64,000 nt of DNA. Origin: a virus. The notes under the pieces are model-generated. The model saw only the letters and a list, made by a program, of their open reading frames with translations. It did not search any database and was not told where the DNA came from. Shown piece by piece: positions 40,601 to 48,681 of the stretch; within the stretch, counting starts at the first letter, position 1, and every line of letters starts with the position of its first letter. The position numbers were made by a program, and so were the translations under genes. The stretch lies in IMG/VR virus record IMGVR_UViG_3300042894_005670. The stretch is one strand, 5' to 3'.

Positions 40601-40710
40601 CTGCTAGCACTGACCCAGGCATCCCAGGGCAAATCGTCTTTGATTCAGGCAATATTTACGTATGTATTGCTAACGGTGCATGGAAACGAGCTGCTCTAAG
40701 CACGTATTAA
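37609..40710 (+). CDS. Tail-fibre-like protein (1033 aa)
   Basis: shares AQPNITSVG repeats and the DP.I.L..GANGAP...DGKD domain with the 3020-aa protein; C-terminal IYVCIANGAWKR. Confidence 0.82.
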   Translation: MATSSNITLSNINVGQPNQIANSDSLWLAFNKAQNNFSAISNQASQWKTIDGGNGVSVTAVSNSSLVIENTGVRQIIPGDNISVSNLGLGIVQITAVGGGNGNGGSSLSGVSITAATGVNVSPNVTLQTAGNANFIIGLANSGVTAGTYRFPNITIDQYGRVTNVANGNAGTVTNIGFVNGNGISVTGGPITTSGNVTITNTGVTRLTVGAGLAIGNSTTGIGIANTLTGEVILTLTGGGGGGGGTVTLVETMSNGDILMSTTNPVPNGATSAQITSAGTIYFRLANNLPNITGVGTLSNLSVAGNAVIGGNLTVMGNMNYINSNVYYIQDPTIELGGGANGAPLTTNDGKDRGLILHYYNGIPIDAFMGWDTGNSEFALGSNVSETSANSGVYLFNSYGNLRALNYLGTGIAVSANVVAGNLIANSNANITGIANIANMVVSGNANVNQLNATNANISSNLTVSGNLSGGNITTTGVVFATGNITGGNLQTTASVVAGNVFANANVWANTGTVGGSLLRGAFDTNSSSQPNITTLGNSIAIGNISSVNNVNVNVLLTTSNLTITATTIANGVIQANANIVSNANIYANSGTIGASLLTGTLTTAAQPNVTSVGNLSSLTVVGNASAGNLSTSGFLTVTSNANIGNLQVSGAGNIVGNANVGNLGTSGLIIATGNITGGNLTTGGVVGATGNVTGGNLTSNANITAVSFVIANNFTANSNIGASQTITGGVVNSNSSMSAITTITGGNLISNGFANISGNLIAANITSNNVILATSTITGGNIISNGFANVGGNLIAANITSNGIANIVGNANVGNLISAGIISAVGNANVGNIGATTGVFTVVTGSLTTNAQPNITSVGTLSSLVVTANANVGNLITGGFITANGNITGGNVSSLGILSVTGNANVGNLGSNIAVVSTGNINIVNANSIVVSTLANVVATTPATSTTSGALQVNGGISTQGNIYAGGNIVGSLNASLTGNVSGQYVTGNIVTVSATPASTDPGIPGQIVFDSGNIYVCIANGAWKRAALSTY

Positions 40711-40715
40711 AAATA

Positions 40716-40740
40716 AAAAAGCCACCATAAGGTGGCTTAT
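40716..40740. terminator. Bidirectional intrinsic terminator
   Basis: AAGCCACC-ataa-GGTGGCTT between convergent blocks. Confidence 0.8.
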
Positions 40741-40741
40741 A

Positions 40742-40960
40742 TTATTGTGTGTTAGCTAAAAAATGTCGTGTAATTCGATCATCAATCATTCTTGGTATAT
40801 CACTCCAAGGCCATTCATTTTCAAATGGGCACACGGTTTTCCATTTTGAATGTTTTTTAAAATAAATTACTTCTTCAATATGTTTACTATTAGATGGATC
40901 AAACTTTTGACGCTCACGTACTTGTGAACGTGTTTTACTATTGCTATCCCATGTTGACAT
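40742..40960 (-). CDS. Hypothetical protein
   Basis: ORF; start at MSTW. Confidence 0.6.
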   Translation of the reverse strand: MSTWDSNSKTRSQVRERQKFDPSNSKHIEEVIYFKKHSKWKTVCPFENEWPWSDIPRMIDDRITRHFLANTQ

Positions 40961-41384
40961 GAACTTGATCCTCAATATCAGTAGTTACAGGTTTAAGCAT
41001 ATTAAGAAGTTCTTCGGGAGTCATTTTAATTCTAGGTTTACGATGAGCTTCACGATGTAAACGAGTTTCGATGCTTTCAATCTTTTCTTCAAAAGCAGTA
41101 ACCCATTGCAAATTACTAATAAAATTAGAACGTGGATCATAAGCAGCAAATTTAAATGCTTCAATTTTTGTCATTGGTTGAGGCAACTCTTGCCACTCTG
41201 AAGTAAGTTCTTTTACACTTTTACCCTTACGTAATACATAACCATTTTGTCTTGAGGATTTTATACGTTTAACTATATCTTCACCTACCCTAACACATTC
41301 GTATCGTTCACCACTTTCTTCATCCAAGTGTACAGTGATGCCTACAACTTTTTTCAATCGTTCGCTACGCTTGTCTTTCATCAT
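40944..41384 (-). CDS. Hypothetical protein
   Basis: 146-aa ORF with AGGA RBS. Confidence 0.65.
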   Translation of the reverse strand: MMKDKRSERLKKVVGITVHLDEESGERYECVRVGEDIVKRIKSSRQNGYVLRKGKSVKELTSEWQELPQPMTKIEAFKFAAYDPRSNFISNLQWVTAFEEKIESIETRLHREAHRKPRIKMTPEELLNMLKPVTTDIEDQVHVNMG

Positions 41385-41390
41385 ATATCC

Positions 41391-41657
41391 TTAATCTTGA
41401 TTATTTGTTTTTACTTGCTTACCAAAAATTTTACTTAACGCAATACTTGCATCATTCACATGATTTACATTGTCTAATATATTAAATTCAGCTAAACTTA
41501 ATCCATTTTCAATGTTAACCAACAACTCATGATATTTTTCAAGTTGTTCTTGAGTAATATCATTAGGATTACAACTTGTCAACTCATTTTGTAAGTTATT
41601 GAGGAAAACACGTAACTCAATAAATTCTTCTGCTGTTTTTGGAAAGTATTCATCCAT
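41391..41657 (-). CDS. Hypothetical protein
   Basis: start MDEYF downstream of TTGACA-17-TAATAT. Confidence 0.6.
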   Translation of the reverse strand: MDEYFPKTAEEFIELRVFLNNLQNELTSCNPNDITQEQLEKYHELLVNIENGLSLAEFNILDNVNHVNDASIALSKIFGKQVKTNNQD

Positions 41658-41695
41658 ATTTAAAACCTTTGTAGTAAAGTTAGTGTATAGTAATA

Positions 41696-42136
41696 TTACC
41701 ACATGGTTAAGGCTTTGTCAAGAATTTTTTTCAGTATGGTAGATAAACGACATTGTACGTCTACTTCCCAAGGCAGTTTACTATATTGTTCATAAGGTAA
41801 GCTTTCAGGATCAGCTTTTAAATAAAAGTTTTTTTGCCATATGTGCCACCCATCTTTGGTTATTTCTAATACCCCTGTATATCGTTGATTAATGTGTATT
41901 AACTCATGTGTAAGTATTAATGGTATTTGTTTAACAGGTAAATCATAATTCAATACTAAACGGTTAATTTTTTTACGATCAATACCACCATAGGTTGACT
42001 TTGCAAGCTTGTACAAACATATATCAATGGTATTAGGTAGTTCTAAAATATCTGTTGCATGAGTACAGATATTTTTTATTATGATTTCGCTTTGAGGTAA
42101 TGAATTTAAATTTTTATAAAAAAAATTTACTTGCAT
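41696..42136 (-). CDS. Zinc metallopeptidase-like protein
   Basis: LTHELIH (HExxH) and PWE. Confidence 0.75.
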   Translation of the reverse strand: MQVNFFYKNLNSLPQSEIIIKNICTHATDILELPNTIDICLYKLAKSTYGGIDRKKINRLVLNYDLPVKQIPLILTHELIHINQRYTGVLEITKDGWHIWQKNFYLKADPESLPYEQYSKLPWEVDVQCRLSTILKKILDKALTMW

Positions 42137-42420
42137 TAATGAACTGTGTCGTTATAGTTCATATCATAATATTGATCAGTTAGTTCTCTTAACTCCTCAA
42201 TACTATAACCTATTTCTTTCATTTTACCTATTAAACGAGTGAATAATACAAAAGTGGCGCACCCTGCTATATATTCTTCATCATCACCTTCTGATTCAAA
42301 ATCATCAAGTTGCGGTATTAATTCTTCGACAACAAACTCATAAGCTACTTCGGTGGAAATGTCAATCAACTTTTGAGATACTTCAATTAATTCTTCTTTG
42401 TCTACTTTTTCCATGACCAT
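42136..42420 (-). CDS. Acidic hypothetical protein
   Basis: AGGAG RBS. Confidence 0.6.
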   Translation of the reverse strand: MVMEKVDKEELIEVSQKLIDISTEVAYEFVVEELIPQLDDFESEGDDEEYIAGCATFVLFTRLIGKMKEIGYSIEELRELTDQYYDMNYNDTVH

Positions 42421-42470
42421 CTCCTTCTTAATTATTTATTCTAGGATAGGAAGCCATCTCTAGCAATTTA

Positions 42471-42905
42471 TTAAGTAGTATATTCGTAATTAATAGTATC
42501 AGTATTTTCACGCAAAACAATAGCTCCATTTTTTAAATGAAACTTACGAGCCATTTCAGTCTTAGGGCTTAAGGTAACAAAACGATTGACTGAGGGAAAA
42601 TTTTCTTTAATTTGTGGTACAGCTTTACGCAATAAGTTTGCTCCACTACCTGCTTTATAACTCCATATTGTGTAAAACACAGCAGTAGTAGGTTGTGAAC
42701 TAGTGATATCTAAATCTTTTACTTCAGCAGGTACAAAATCATGAAACGATATACAAACAATTGCTGAAGGTTGTTCATCATCAATTGTAGCGGCAATTAT
42801 TCTATTTGGTGCTACACGATAAGCAATAGGTATCTCAGGACGAACAGGATCATCCTTTATAAAGCTTAATAAACTATCAGTCATGTCTGTTATAAAACGC
42901 ATCAT
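42471..42905 (-). CDS. GNAT-fold protein (malonyl-CoA-decarboxylase C-terminal-like motifs)
   Basis: AVFYTIWSY..GSG..LL, FVTLSP. Confidence 0.6.
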   Translation of the reverse strand: MMRFITDMTDSLLSFIKDDPVRPEIPIAYRVAPNRIIAATIDDEQPSAIVCISFHDFVPAEVKDLDITSSQPTTAVFYTIWSYKAGSGANLLRKAVPQIKENFPSVNRFVTLSPKTEMARKFHLKNGAIVLRENTDTINYEYTT

Positions 42906-42949
42906 AATATCCGTATTTATTAAATAATTTTAAAAGTATACTTTAATAC

Positions 42950-42984
42950 AAAAAAAAATGCAAGTACTATTGCTAGTACTTGCA
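42950..42984 (-). terminator. Intrinsic terminator after the DUF2828 gene
   Basis: TGCAAGTACTA-ttgc-TAGTACTTGCA followed by a U-run on the minus strand. Confidence 0.75.
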
Positions 42985-43008
42985 ACATCTCTAAATCAAC
43001 TTTTTTAT

Positions 43009-44391
43009 TTACAATATGTTGTATCGCTCAACGTTCACAGTGTCAAGCATAATACTTAACGGTGTGAAATCTCTTGCTCCTAAGATAGACTTCATGATAG
43101 ATGGTGAAAAACCACTTACCAATGCTGTACCTTGTGTATTAAACTTTACAGGAACATTGTCATGTGAGTTTAAATTCCAAAATACAATCTTAGGCACATC
43201 ATAACCTGCATCAGCATACTTCTTACCAATTGCTTTATATGCGGTATCATCAGCACGTACTGCTTGATTAAACTGCATATCAGAAAGAATCAATAAAAAC
43301 TTAGGCATATCTGCTTCAGGTACTTTATTGATAAGTGCTACAATTAGAATAGCATCAAATGCTGCCATGAGATTAGTTGACATTGACCAATCAGCACGAT
43401 TCATTTGATTCATTTTATCAACAATATTACCTTTTAATATTTCAATCTTGGTGTTTGTAGAAAATGTTAAAAACATATCCTTAAACGCACCACGATTTTT
43501 GTCAGCACAATATAATCCTAAAGCCACTGCAACATTTAAGCAAGTTAAGTTTTTAGCTCCACCTACAGAGCAACCCATTGACCCACTTACATCAACCATA
43601 GGCAACACATTAGCATCACTCATATAGTTAGGTAGTGCATCCCACTGTGCAATGCTCACATCAATAATACCACTTGATAAAGACTTAATTATGTCATGTG
43701 GGTATATGGCTGAAGCATTAATTTTAGTGGTTCCGCTAACTAACCCATCACGATACTCTTTGTAGCGATCATGGTCATTACGATCAAATGCTTTTTTGTA
43801 AATAGATGCAGCAATTGATGGTACATGTGAGTAATTTATTTTATCCCATTCTTTAGCGCACATATTAGTTTCAACAACTTTAGTTGCATTAACTAATAGC
43901 TTACGATATGTTTTAGGTGACAACCCCATAAAATTACGCAACTCTGCGGCAATTTGCCCTTTACGTGGCATCCACTTTGCACATAGTCCATCATTGTTTA
44001 ATAACGCTTCACGAATTGATGTATAAGCAAAGTTTCTCATGGTGCGTGTTGAAAAAATTAACATATCGTCCCAACGCCCAAAAGTAGGGATATGTGGGAT
44101 TACACGTACTAACATACTAGGATGGTTTATTTCCATGTATAAAAGTAAGTCACGTACTAATTGACGTTCACCTGCTCCACCACGCACATCACGTGCCCAT
44201 AGCAAAATTTTTGTAGCAATTTCAGGAGATTCTTGAAACGCTTTTTCAAATAGTGCGCTTATATCTTTACCACGTGATGCTCCAATTTTAAAGAATAAGT
44301 CTACAAGAGCATCACCTGTTCCATTAAACGCAGCCATACCATTTGTCGTAGTAGTATCAACTTCAGTTTCTACTGCTGTTTTAAATTCCAT
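43009..44391 (-). CDS. DUF2828 family protein (TROVE/Ro60-like helical domain plus vWA)
   Basis: T.NG, RDVRGGAGER, GRWDD, AKWMPR, INYSHVPS, DVSGSM (MIDAS), LSDMQF, VFWNL, SGFSP. Confidence 0.88.
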   Translation of the reverse strand: MEFKTAVETEVDTTTTNGMAAFNGTGDALVDLFFKIGASRGKDISALFEKAFQESPEIATKILLWARDVRGGAGERQLVRDLLLYMEINHPSMLVRVIPHIPTFGRWDDMLIFSTRTMRNFAYTSIREALLNNDGLCAKWMPRKGQIAAELRNFMGLSPKTYRKLLVNATKVVETNMCAKEWDKINYSHVPSIAASIYKKAFDRNDHDRYKEYRDGLVSGTTKINASAIYPHDIIKSLSSGIIDVSIAQWDALPNYMSDANVLPMVDVSGSMGCSVGGAKNLTCLNVAVALGLYCADKNRGAFKDMFLTFSTNTKIEILKGNIVDKMNQMNRADWSMSTNLMAAFDAILIVALINKVPEADMPKFLLILSDMQFNQAVRADDTAYKAIGKKYADAGYDVPKIVFWNLNSHDNVPVKFNTQGTALVSGFSPSIMKSILGARDFTPLSIMLDTVNVERYNIL

Positions 44392-44405
44392 TTTAATTTT
44401 CCTTT

Positions 44406-44462
44406 ACAGAATGCATTTATTTCAATTTTCAAGTTTGATTTTTTTAGTTGCTGTTAGCATTC
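44406..44462 (-). ncRNA. Candidate short Y-like RNA (ACAGCAA family), copy 1
   Basis: GAATGC-TAACAGCAA...GCATTC-TGT terminal stem. Confidence 0.6.
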
Positions 44463-44470
44463 AAAAACTA

Positions 44471-44635
44471 ACAGGATGGTCGATACGGTAATTTATTTTC
44501 TGCTTGCCCACTACCACAAGGGACTTTGTATCACAAGCCTATCATAGATCTCGCCTATGCCCAAAGTTGGCTTACCCCAACAGGCTGACTGATTACTCAA
44601 TCTTTAGTCATGTAAAAAAGTTGCTGTATCCATCC
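44471..44635 (-). ncRNA. Candidate Y-like RNA (ACAGCAA family), copy 2, multi-hairpin
   Basis: GGATGG-ATACAGCAA...CCATCC-TGT; internal hairpins TGACT/AGTCA, GTTGG/CCAAC, CATAG/CTATG. Confidence 0.65.
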
Positions 44636-44646
44636 TTAATGTGTGT

Positions 44647-44675
44647 ATAGTATATAAAAACTTATTTACTGTCAA
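44647..44675 (-). promoter_or_regulatory. sigma70-type promoter for the RNAs plus DUF2828 gene
   Basis: TTGACA-17-TACTAT. Confidence 0.75.
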
Positions 44676-44850
44676 CACGTTTTTTATCTAAATTTGTTAC
44701 GTTCATCCATACTTTTCTTCCGTTTTCAGGTTTATACACTTCAACAAACATCGTACCATCAATATTTTTTTGATTGGTAAAATCTTCACAAAGCCATTCT
44801 TCCTTAGTTCTGCGATTGATAAGTTTTAATGATTTAGATTTTTTGCTCAT
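44662..44850 (-). CDS. Hypothetical protein
   Basis: GGAGAGG RBS before MSKK. Confidence 0.6.
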   Translation of the reverse strand: MSKKSKSLKLINRRTKEEWLCEDFTNQKNIDGTMFVEVYKPENGRKVWMNVTNLDKKRVDSK

Positions 44851-44882
44851 GATCCTCTCCAAAAAGGAGAGGATAACCTCTC

Positions 44883-45365
44883 CTATGCTACTTTACGATG
44901 ACCTACAATTTCCTTGTAACGGTCAGCCGCAGTTGATGCTGCAAAAGCATGTGGTTTTACCATAGGTATAACATTACATGTACCACGAATATAACCTACT
45001 GCTTCTTGTATTGCAATACTGCTGTTATGTTTTTCATCAGGATTAATATCCAAATGTACCTCAATATCAAATTCAACATAAGGTGCAAGTTTTAGATATA
45101 AATCCGCAACCTTGTATGCTTCATTAACTAAACGCATACGTGGCTTATTTGCTTTTTGGTCGAAGTCACGTTCACGTTGTACTGCGCCAAAAATTTTACA
45201 TCCATGTTTACCATCAATATGTACTACTACTGCTAAAATATAGTCAGCGTACCAAACATTATCTATCCTCATACGCTCACTATCGCAACCGATGTATAGT
45301 TTAGTGTTAGGGCCACATTTCTGAAGGAATTCTAGTACTTCTAAAACATCGATTTCTTTTTTCAT
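44883..45365 (-). CDS. RNase H-like YkuK/DUF458 family protein
   Basis: YIGCDS, VHLDIN, AFAASTAAD. Confidence 0.8.
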   Translation of the reverse strand: MKKEIDVLEVLEFLQKCGPNTKLYIGCDSERMRIDNVWYADYILAVVVHIDGKHGCKIFGAVQRERDFDQKANKPRMRLVNEAYKVADLYLKLAPYVEFDIEVHLDINPDEKHNSSIAIQEAVGYIRGTCNVIPMVKPHAFAASTAADRYKEIVGHRKVA

Positions 45366-45368
45366 GTT

Positions 45369-45641
45369 TCACCTCAATTTATGTTTTTTTACTCTAGATT
45401 TAATTTTCATAAGGTATTTTTTATCAATAATACCTTCTTCAATTTCACGTAATGCTTGAGATGTTTTTGTCTCATTTTTACGACTAAAAACAGCACGATT
45501 TAATCGTACTGATTCACGTGCTGAAATTTCATCTGCTGCTTTGCGCTCTGCACTTAATTCACGTACACGTTGGGCAGCAATTAACGTAGCCTCAAACAAA
45601 TTACCTGTTTTACTATATATTTTTTGTATATCTGTGTTCAT
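45369..45641 (-). CDS. rpoZ: RNA polymerase omega subunit homologue
   Basis: GNLFEATLIAAQRVREL ... ALREIEEG. Confidence 0.75.
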   Translation of the reverse strand: MNTDIQKIYSKTGNLFEATLIAAQRVRELSAERKAADEISARESVRLNRAVFSRKNETKTSQALREIEEGIIDKKYLMKIKSRVKKHKLR

Positions 45642-45660
45642 ATTACCTTTTCTTATAGTT

Positions 45661-45736
45661 TGGAGCGGATGGTGGGAGTCGAACCCATCTATTGAGGTTT
45701 GGAAGACCGCCGTGTAACCACAAACACTTCACCCGC
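45661..45736 (-). tRNA. tRNA-Gly(TCC)
   Basis: cloverleaf, loop CTTCCAA, GTTCGA, CCA. Confidence 0.9.
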
Positions 45737-45741
45737 ATATT

Positions 45742-45816
45742 TGGTAGCGGGAGATGGAATTGCACCACCGATCTTCAGCTTATGAGACTGACGAGTTTCT
45801 ACTTCTCTATCCCGCA
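45742..45816 (-). tRNA. tRNA-Met(CAT), initiator-like
   Basis: TGCGGG..CCCGCTACCA with unpaired 1:72; loop CTCATAA; atypical T-loop. Confidence 0.8.
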
Positions 45817-45834
45817 ATTGTACTTTTATTTAGT

Positions 45835-45924
45835 TGGTGCGAATGGTCGGAGTCGAACCGACATGCCCCTTTCGGAAGCGAGGGATTTTAAGTCCCTTGT
45901 GTCTACCTATTTCACCACACTCGC
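45835..45924 (-). tRNA. tRNA-Leu(TAA)
   Basis: long variable arm; loop CTTAAAA; CCA. Confidence 0.92.
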
Positions 45925-45950
45925 ATTACTTTACTACTTATAATTTAATT

Positions 45951-46340
45951 TTAACCTACTTCAATTTCTGTGTTTACCATAGCATTTTTAGCTTGTCTAA
46001 GAACACCAATTAAAGTTTCTACATCACCATCAATAAATGCAATATCTGCATCTTCAGTCAATAATTTAACAGCTACATATTGATTGGTGCAGTAATTTTG
46101 TAAGACAAAAATCGCACGTTTAATATCTTTTTGTGCATCAAACATATCATCAGGATCATTTCCAACCATGTGCATCACGTTAACAATCATACTTCTTGCA
46201 ATTTGCTCAGGGTTACACCCTTCATAAATCATTGAAGTTTCAATTGCGTCACATAATGCTTTAATAGTCATTCCATAGGTTTTAATCTCAGCTTTTTCCG
46301 TAACAGTTAAAGTTGTATACATTTCAGAAGTTGGCTTCAT
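45951..46340 (-). CDS. Hypothetical early protein
   Basis: AGGAG RBS and TTGACA-17-TATGAT (46368-46396). Confidence 0.7.
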   Translation of the reverse strand: MKPTSEMYTTLTVTEKAEIKTYGMTIKALCDAIETSMIYEGCNPEQIARSMIVNVMHMVGNDPDDMFDAQKDIKRAIFVLQNYCTNQYVAVKLLTEDADIAFIDGDVETLIGVLRQAKNAMVNTEIEVG

Positions 46341-46413
46341 TAATTTCTCCTTTTTGACAATAAAGTAATCATAACAAAAACTTAATATCTTGTCAAACAT
46401 TGTTGTCTCACTT

Positions 46414-46860
46414 TTACAAAATTTCTTTCTTTAACGTATTCCACTCAGTAAATTGTAAGTATTCATTCTGCAAGTTTTCAATTTGTTTAAGAATTTGTTT
46501 ACCTTTAAATTCTCTCCATTCAGATACTATAGTTTGAGTCTTTTCAGTGTTACTTACATCAGCTACAAAGCCATCTATGCTTTCATACTTTACTGCCTTT
46601 TTAATCCATGCATAATCAACTACCATGCTTTTTGAGTAATCAAAGCCCCAATGATCACTATCTACTTCAATACGAGCGTTAATTTCATCCTTGCGGGTAA
46701 AACTGTCAAAACCACCTAAACAACTCAATACCGTGTACTTGTCATTATTGATATCAACAATAATAAAGTACGGACTAAACAGTTCGTGCCAATAATCCCC
46801 TATTCGGGGATTGGCAAATGCTTTTTGATTTGCTTCTAAATATCTATCTACAATTTTCAT
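46414..46860 (-). CDS. Hypothetical protein
   Basis: 148-aa ORF. Confidence 0.7.
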   Translation of the reverse strand: MKIVDRYLEANQKAFANPRIGDYWHELFSPYFIIVDINNDKYTVLSCLGGFDSFTRKDEINARIEVDSDHWGFDYSKSMVVDYAWIKKAVKYESIDGFVADVSNTEKTQTIVSEWREFKGKQILKQIENLQNEYLQFTEWNTLKKEIL

Positions 46861-46863
46861 TAA

Positions 46864-47241
46864 TTAGTACTCACTTGGAACCATAATAACATAACGATTG
46901 CGACCTTGAACTTCAGTTAATACTGCATACAGTTTGCAAGTATCGTAGGGGAAATCTGTGTACTCAATACGCTTGGTAAAGCTTAGGTCATTACCATCAC
47001 TAAAAGTAATCGTAGCACTACCTGTACGTGTTTTCTTTAAGGTAACGACAACAAACGTGCTGAAGTTAATTTTTTTAGCATTACGTGCATTGCGTAGCGC
47101 AAAAGTAATTTCATCCATCAACCAAAATGCACCGCAATTTTCTGCAACGTGCATAGCACCGTCAGTGAGCAAATCACCAAGAAACAATTTGTGATAGGAA
47201 GTGGTTCCGATGAATTCGCTAGTATCAAGAGCAGTAGTCAT
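46864..47241 (-). CDS. Hypothetical early protein (DUF6876-like)
   Basis: LTDG...VAE..GAFWLMD...DGND...IEYTDFP...M.PSEY. Confidence 0.7.
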   Translation of the reverse strand: MTTALDTSEFIGTTSYHKLFLGDLLTDGAMHVAENCGAFWLMDEITFALRNARNAKKINFSTFVVVTLKKTRTGSATITFSDGNDLSFTKRIEYTDFPYDTCKLYAVLTEVQGRNRYVIMVPSEY

Positions 47242-47271
47242 TTCAGTTCCTTATTAATCAGTACAGAAACA

Positions 47272-47300
47272 ATTATATATAAATTAGGATAGCTTGTCAA
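47272..47300 (-). promoter_or_regulatory. sigma70 early promoter
   Basis: perfect TTGACA-17-TATAAT. Confidence 0.88.
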
Positions 47301-47304
47301 TAGG

Positions 47305-47499
47305 TTATTGAAACTCTAGCATATTTGCAACATCGTCACCGTAAAGGTAACTTAAAGTTTTCCAAACTGAATCCGTTACTGAGTTATACTCACGATAATT
47401 AACGTAGAAGTTTTTGAAAAAATTATCATCACCACGAGCTTCAGCATATCGCTCTGCTCGCTGTAAAAAATCAAAGGCTGATACTGAGCGTGAGTCCAT
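47305..47499 (-). CDS. Hypothetical protein
   Basis: AGGAG RBS. Confidence 0.65.
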   Translation of the reverse strand: MDSRSVSAFDFLQRAERYAEARGDDNFFKNFYVNYREYNSVTDSVWKTLSYLYGDDVANMLEFQ

Positions 47500-47508
47500 C
47501 TTATACTC

Positions 47509-47676
47509 CTAGTATGGCTTAACATTGCACAAATGCAACGGATCTTTGTTAGGTTCATTTACCCATATCGCACACTCAAAACCAAGTGCTTTCGCTTGGG
47601 CAATTGCTTCATCAGCAGTAGGAAACGTACCCTTGTTGATACCGAAATTAATCATGTGAACAGTATAGGTTGTCAT
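47509..47676 (-). CDS. Small early protein (55 aa, not in ORF track)
   Basis: MTTYTVHMINFG...; AAGGAG RBS and own promoter. Confidence 0.65.
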   Translation of the reverse strand: MTTYTVHMINFGINKGTFPTADEAIAQAKALGFECAIWVNEPNKDPLHLCNVKPY

Positions 47677-47707
47677 TTCTGCACTCCTTATTAACTCAAC
47701 AGAATCT

Positions 47708-47736
47708 ATTGTAAATCAATTAGGATAAATTGTCAA
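47708..47736 (-). promoter_or_regulatory. sigma70 early promoter
   Basis: TTGACA-17-TACAAT. Confidence 0.85.
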
Positions 47737-47741
47737 CTACT

Positions 47742-47942
47742 TTATTCAAACCTACAATCAGCTTGTCTTTCATTTATAAACTTCCAATATTTTTTAAGTT
47801 CTTTTTTAGCTTTAGCTACTGTTTTTGCTTTTGTAAGAACTTCAATATAATCTTCCTCACTATAGGTTTCAACTACCCAATGACCACCTGCTTCGTAATG
47901 ATCTAGCGCAAACTGCTCAAGTTCTTTAATCTGTTCTTCCAT
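47742..47942 (-). CDS. Hypothetical protein
   Basis: start MEEQIK after GAGG. Confidence 0.65.
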   Translation of the reverse strand: MEEQIKELEQFALDHYEAGGHWVVETYSEEDYIEVLTKAKTVAKAKKELKKYWKFINERQADCRFE

Positions 47943-47953
47943 GTCAACCTCGC

Positions 47954-48130
47954 TTAAATCGTAAAAGTAACTTTGCGGCGTGATGCAATATAAACATTGC
48001 AAGCTACCACCACTTGATTAGAATACAGTGTATGACCGTGTTTTTGTATATCATCAATAACGTCTAGCATACCTTTACCTAAAAAGTCACATTCTTTATG
48101 TAGGATTTTAATTGCAGTAGAGATTTCCAT
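47954..48130 (-). CDS. Small hypothetical protein (58 aa, not in ORF track)
   Basis: MEISTAIKILHKEC...; GGAG RBS. Confidence 0.55.
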   Translation of the reverse strand: MEISTAIKILHKECDFLGKGMLDVIDDIQKHGHTLYSNQVVVACNVYIASRRKVTFTI

Positions 48131-48143
48131 CTGTTACTCCGTA

Positions 48144-48341
48144 TTAAACAAAGTAAAAGGTAAAACCGTAAGAACCGTCTTTTCCAAGCTTAGCTTTTAG
48201 ATTTAATTCAGTGGTCAACTTCTTAAAAATTTTTTTGGCTTGATATGGAGTACAAATTACAGACAAAACTCCACTTGAGTAAAAAAAGCAATCATCCGTT
48301 ATTTCAGAAACCTTTTTTAACACGGTTTTTTCAAAGTCCAT
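48144..48341 (-). CDS. Hypothetical early protein
   Basis: AAGGAG RBS. Confidence 0.65.
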   Translation of the reverse strand: MDFEKTVLKKVSEITDDCFFYSSGVLSVICTPYQAKKIFKKLTTELNLKAKLGKDGSYGFTFYFV

Positions 48342-48371
48342 TTAAAACTCCTTGTTGTTTACTATAGAAGA

Positions 48372-48400
48372 ATTATATATCTAAATAAATTTCTTGTCAA
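48372..48400 (-). promoter_or_regulatory. sigma70 early promoter
   Basis: TTGACA-17-TATAAT. Confidence 0.88.
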
Positions 48401-48646
48401 TTAGGCAGGAACACAAAACCAACCTTCACGCTCGATCTTGCGTTTAGCATTAATCATAGTTTGACGAAGTTTCGTAACTTCTTTAGTATGTGGAGCACTG
48501 ATACCACCCAATGCTTTTAGTTTAAGCAGAGCAGCATCACGCTTTTTATAAGTTGGCACAGCATCAATTGGAACAAGAAAATTTCTGTTAAACATTGGGC
48601 TAGTGTAAAGAACTTTTTCCATCATTTGCTCCGTTTTGTTTACCAT
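48401..48646 (-). CDS. Hypothetical early protein
   Basis: ORF under the promoter at 48653-48681. Confidence 0.65.
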   Translation of the reverse strand: MVNKTEQMMEKVLYTSPMFNRNFLVPIDAVPTYKKRDAALLKLKALGGISAPHTKEVTKLRQTMINAKRKIEREGWFCVPA

Positions 48647-48652
48647 TTAAGT

Positions 48653-48681
48653 ATTGTATATCTAAATTAATTTCTTGTCAA
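48653..48681 (-). promoter_or_regulatory. sigma70 early promoter
   Basis: TTGACA-17-TACAAT. Confidence 0.85.
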
